Source: an uncultured Christensenella sp.
GTDB taxonomy: Bacteria; Bacillota; Clostridia; Christensenellales; UBA1242
Direction: 5' to 3'
Assembly: GCA_949292875.1 (NCBI GenBank)
Contig: CASFBJ010000008.1
Coordinates: forward strand, 4,547-68,546
Length of the DNA: 64,000 nucleotides
In this document: positions 63,098-64,000 of the stretch, piece after piece
How positions within the stretch are numbered: the first letter of the stretch is position 1
Layout: each line of letters opens with the position of its first letter
Translations under genes and position numbers: made by a program
The notes under the pieces: model-generated
The model's input: the letters and a program-made list of their open reading frames with translations, nothing else
What the model was told of the DNA's origin: nothing
Database searches by the model: none

Positions 63098-63127
63098 AAA
63101 AGGCATTGAAATACAGTGCCTTTTTTA
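63098..63127 (+). terminator. Intrinsic terminator after the capsid gene block
   Basis: aaggcatt-(7 nt)-agtgcctt hairpin (one G-U pair) plus a T6 run. Confidence 0.68.
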
Positions 63128-63187
63128 TCACTATTAAAGGAAAATCGCAGTTCAATTCTGCAAATAGTGCAATAAATGGAGGAAATT

Positions 63188-63607
63188 ATGATTTATACAG
63201 AAGGCATGACATTTGATAGTAAAACAAAGAAGTTTACACTTGATGAAGAATGGGTGAATAACAATGTGATGAAAATGGACTTTACAACAGTTGATGAAAC
63301 TGATGCCAACATTAGCACATTGAATAAAAGAATACTTGCAAGGGTTACAGAAGATGTTTACAGGTTCATCAGGCGAAGTTCTGCACATTATGCATCAACA
63401 TGTTATTTGTTGGCAACAGATGAAGAACTGAACATTGAATTAAGAAACTGTTTGCAATATCAACTTGAACACTTGACTATTAAAGGTGATACATCATTGC
63501 TTGAAGAACAAAAAGACAATATTTCACCTATGGTTAAAGAAATATTATACAGTTCAGGTGCATTGTCATTGATATTGCCTAAAATTCCAAGTGTGGAGGA
63601 ATGGTAA
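63188..63607 (+). CDS. Putative head-tail connector protein
   Basis: Assigned by position after the capsid gene. ATG at 63188 follows RBS ggagga. Confidence 0.4.
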   Translation: MIYTEGMTFDSKTKKFTLDEEWVNNNVMKMDFTTVDETDANISTLNKRILARVTEDVYRFIRRSSAHYASTCYLLATDEELNIELRNCLQYQLEHLTIKGDTSLLEEQKDNISPMVKEILYSSGALSLILPKIPSVEEW

Positions 63608-63946
63608 ATGTTAGAATTTTTAGCACCTAAAAGAAAGCAAATATTCAAAGCAAAGTGGGTTTCAGGTGATGATGAAAATAAAACTGGTTTTTTTAAGTTT
63701 TCAAAACCTGGTGAAGAAAAGCAAAACAAAACTTCTATTGGCAATATGAGTATAAAAACAGGAAGTGTTGTTTGGGAAACAAAAACCACATTGCCTATTA
63801 AAACAGATGATATTTGTTATTATAACAACCAAAAATATTATGTTGTTGAAGTTGGAATAAATGATGAAGAAAACCAAATCGCACATCTTTATTTCAATAA
63901 TAATGGCAATATAACAAAAATAATAACATTACAAAAGGCAGGTTAA
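63608..63946 (+). CDS. Putative head-tail adaptor / head closure protein
   Basis: Assigned by position and size (112 aa). The start abuts the upstream stop (TAAATG). Confidence 0.38.
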   Translation: MLEFLAPKRKQIFKAKWVSGDDENKTGFFKFSKPGEEKQNKTSIGNMSIKTGSVVWETKTTLPIKTDDICYYNNQKYYVVEVGINDEENQIAHLYFNNNGNITKIITLQKAG

Positions 63947-63957
63947 CATGGATAATT

Positions 63958-64000
63958 TGCAACTTATAGCAATACAAGCAATGAATTATTTGAGATACAA
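63958..64000 (+). CDS. Start of the next phage structural gene (truncated by the window end)
   Basis: ATG at 63958; the frame is open to the end (MDNLQLIAIQAMNYLRY...). Confidence 0.3.

Larger units (their letters stand above)
42100..64000 (+). mobile_element. Siphovirus-like prophage or phage segment (early recombination/replication module, late regulator, packaging and head genes). The right end is beyond the window and the left boundary is approximate.
   Basis: About 50 co-directional, tightly packed ORFs with phage hallmark functions (terminase, portal, scaffold, capsid, RusA, SSAP, DnaB, SSB, primase). Visible shift to TTG/CAA/GGT-rich codon usage compared with the chromosome to the left. 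Confidence 0.88.

Overview
This window has two parts. Bases 1 to about 42,100 are chromosome of a very AT-rich, probably spore-forming Bacillota bacterium (gpr and a possible YtxC-like gene are present). It carries housekeeping genes: lepA (3' part), hemW, a 1,290-aa LRR surface protein, yigZ-like, recX, rpsT, gpr, murI, rpoB-rpoC, deoC, ogg, deoD, a cysteine desulfurase, queF, rplM-rpsI, pnp, ylxM-ffh-rpsP-KH, sepF, lspA, tilS, glmS, rluD and several membrane proteins. From about 42,100 to the window end, every ORF is on the + strand and tightly packed, and Leu codon usage visibly shifts from TTA to TTG. This part is a siphovirus-like prophage or phage segment, truncated at the right edge. 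Its order is: a recombination module (PD-(D/E)XK nuclease, Rad52/Sak-like annealase, NinB-like, RusA); a replication module (replisome organizer with internal iterons, DnaB, SSB, primase); a sigma-like late regulator; a PAPS-reductase-like protein; a DNA methyltransferase; then terminase, portal, head and connector genes. No integrase or repressor lies on the visible side. I saw no rRNA, tRNA or CRISPR array. The observations most worth follow-up are all in the phage: (1) SSB-type C-terminal tips on four different replication/recombination proteins, including the helicase; (2) a 49-nt direct repeat bracketing a 1.87-kb cassette; (3) iterons inside the organizer gene with a second copy just before terS; (4) a late control region (three 10-bp-phased TTTTAGCA boxes, an extended -10, a leader, then a terminator) followed by a late operon punctuated by four more co-directional terminators, which implies processive antitermination; (5) a terminator-bracketed two-gene cassette whose first product resembles cyclic-nucleotide sponge proteins, judged from memory only; (6) three head-module proteins that share a roughly 35-aa N-terminal module on unrelated C-termini. 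All coordinates of motifs were counted by hand. All family assignments are from motif recognition, not searches.
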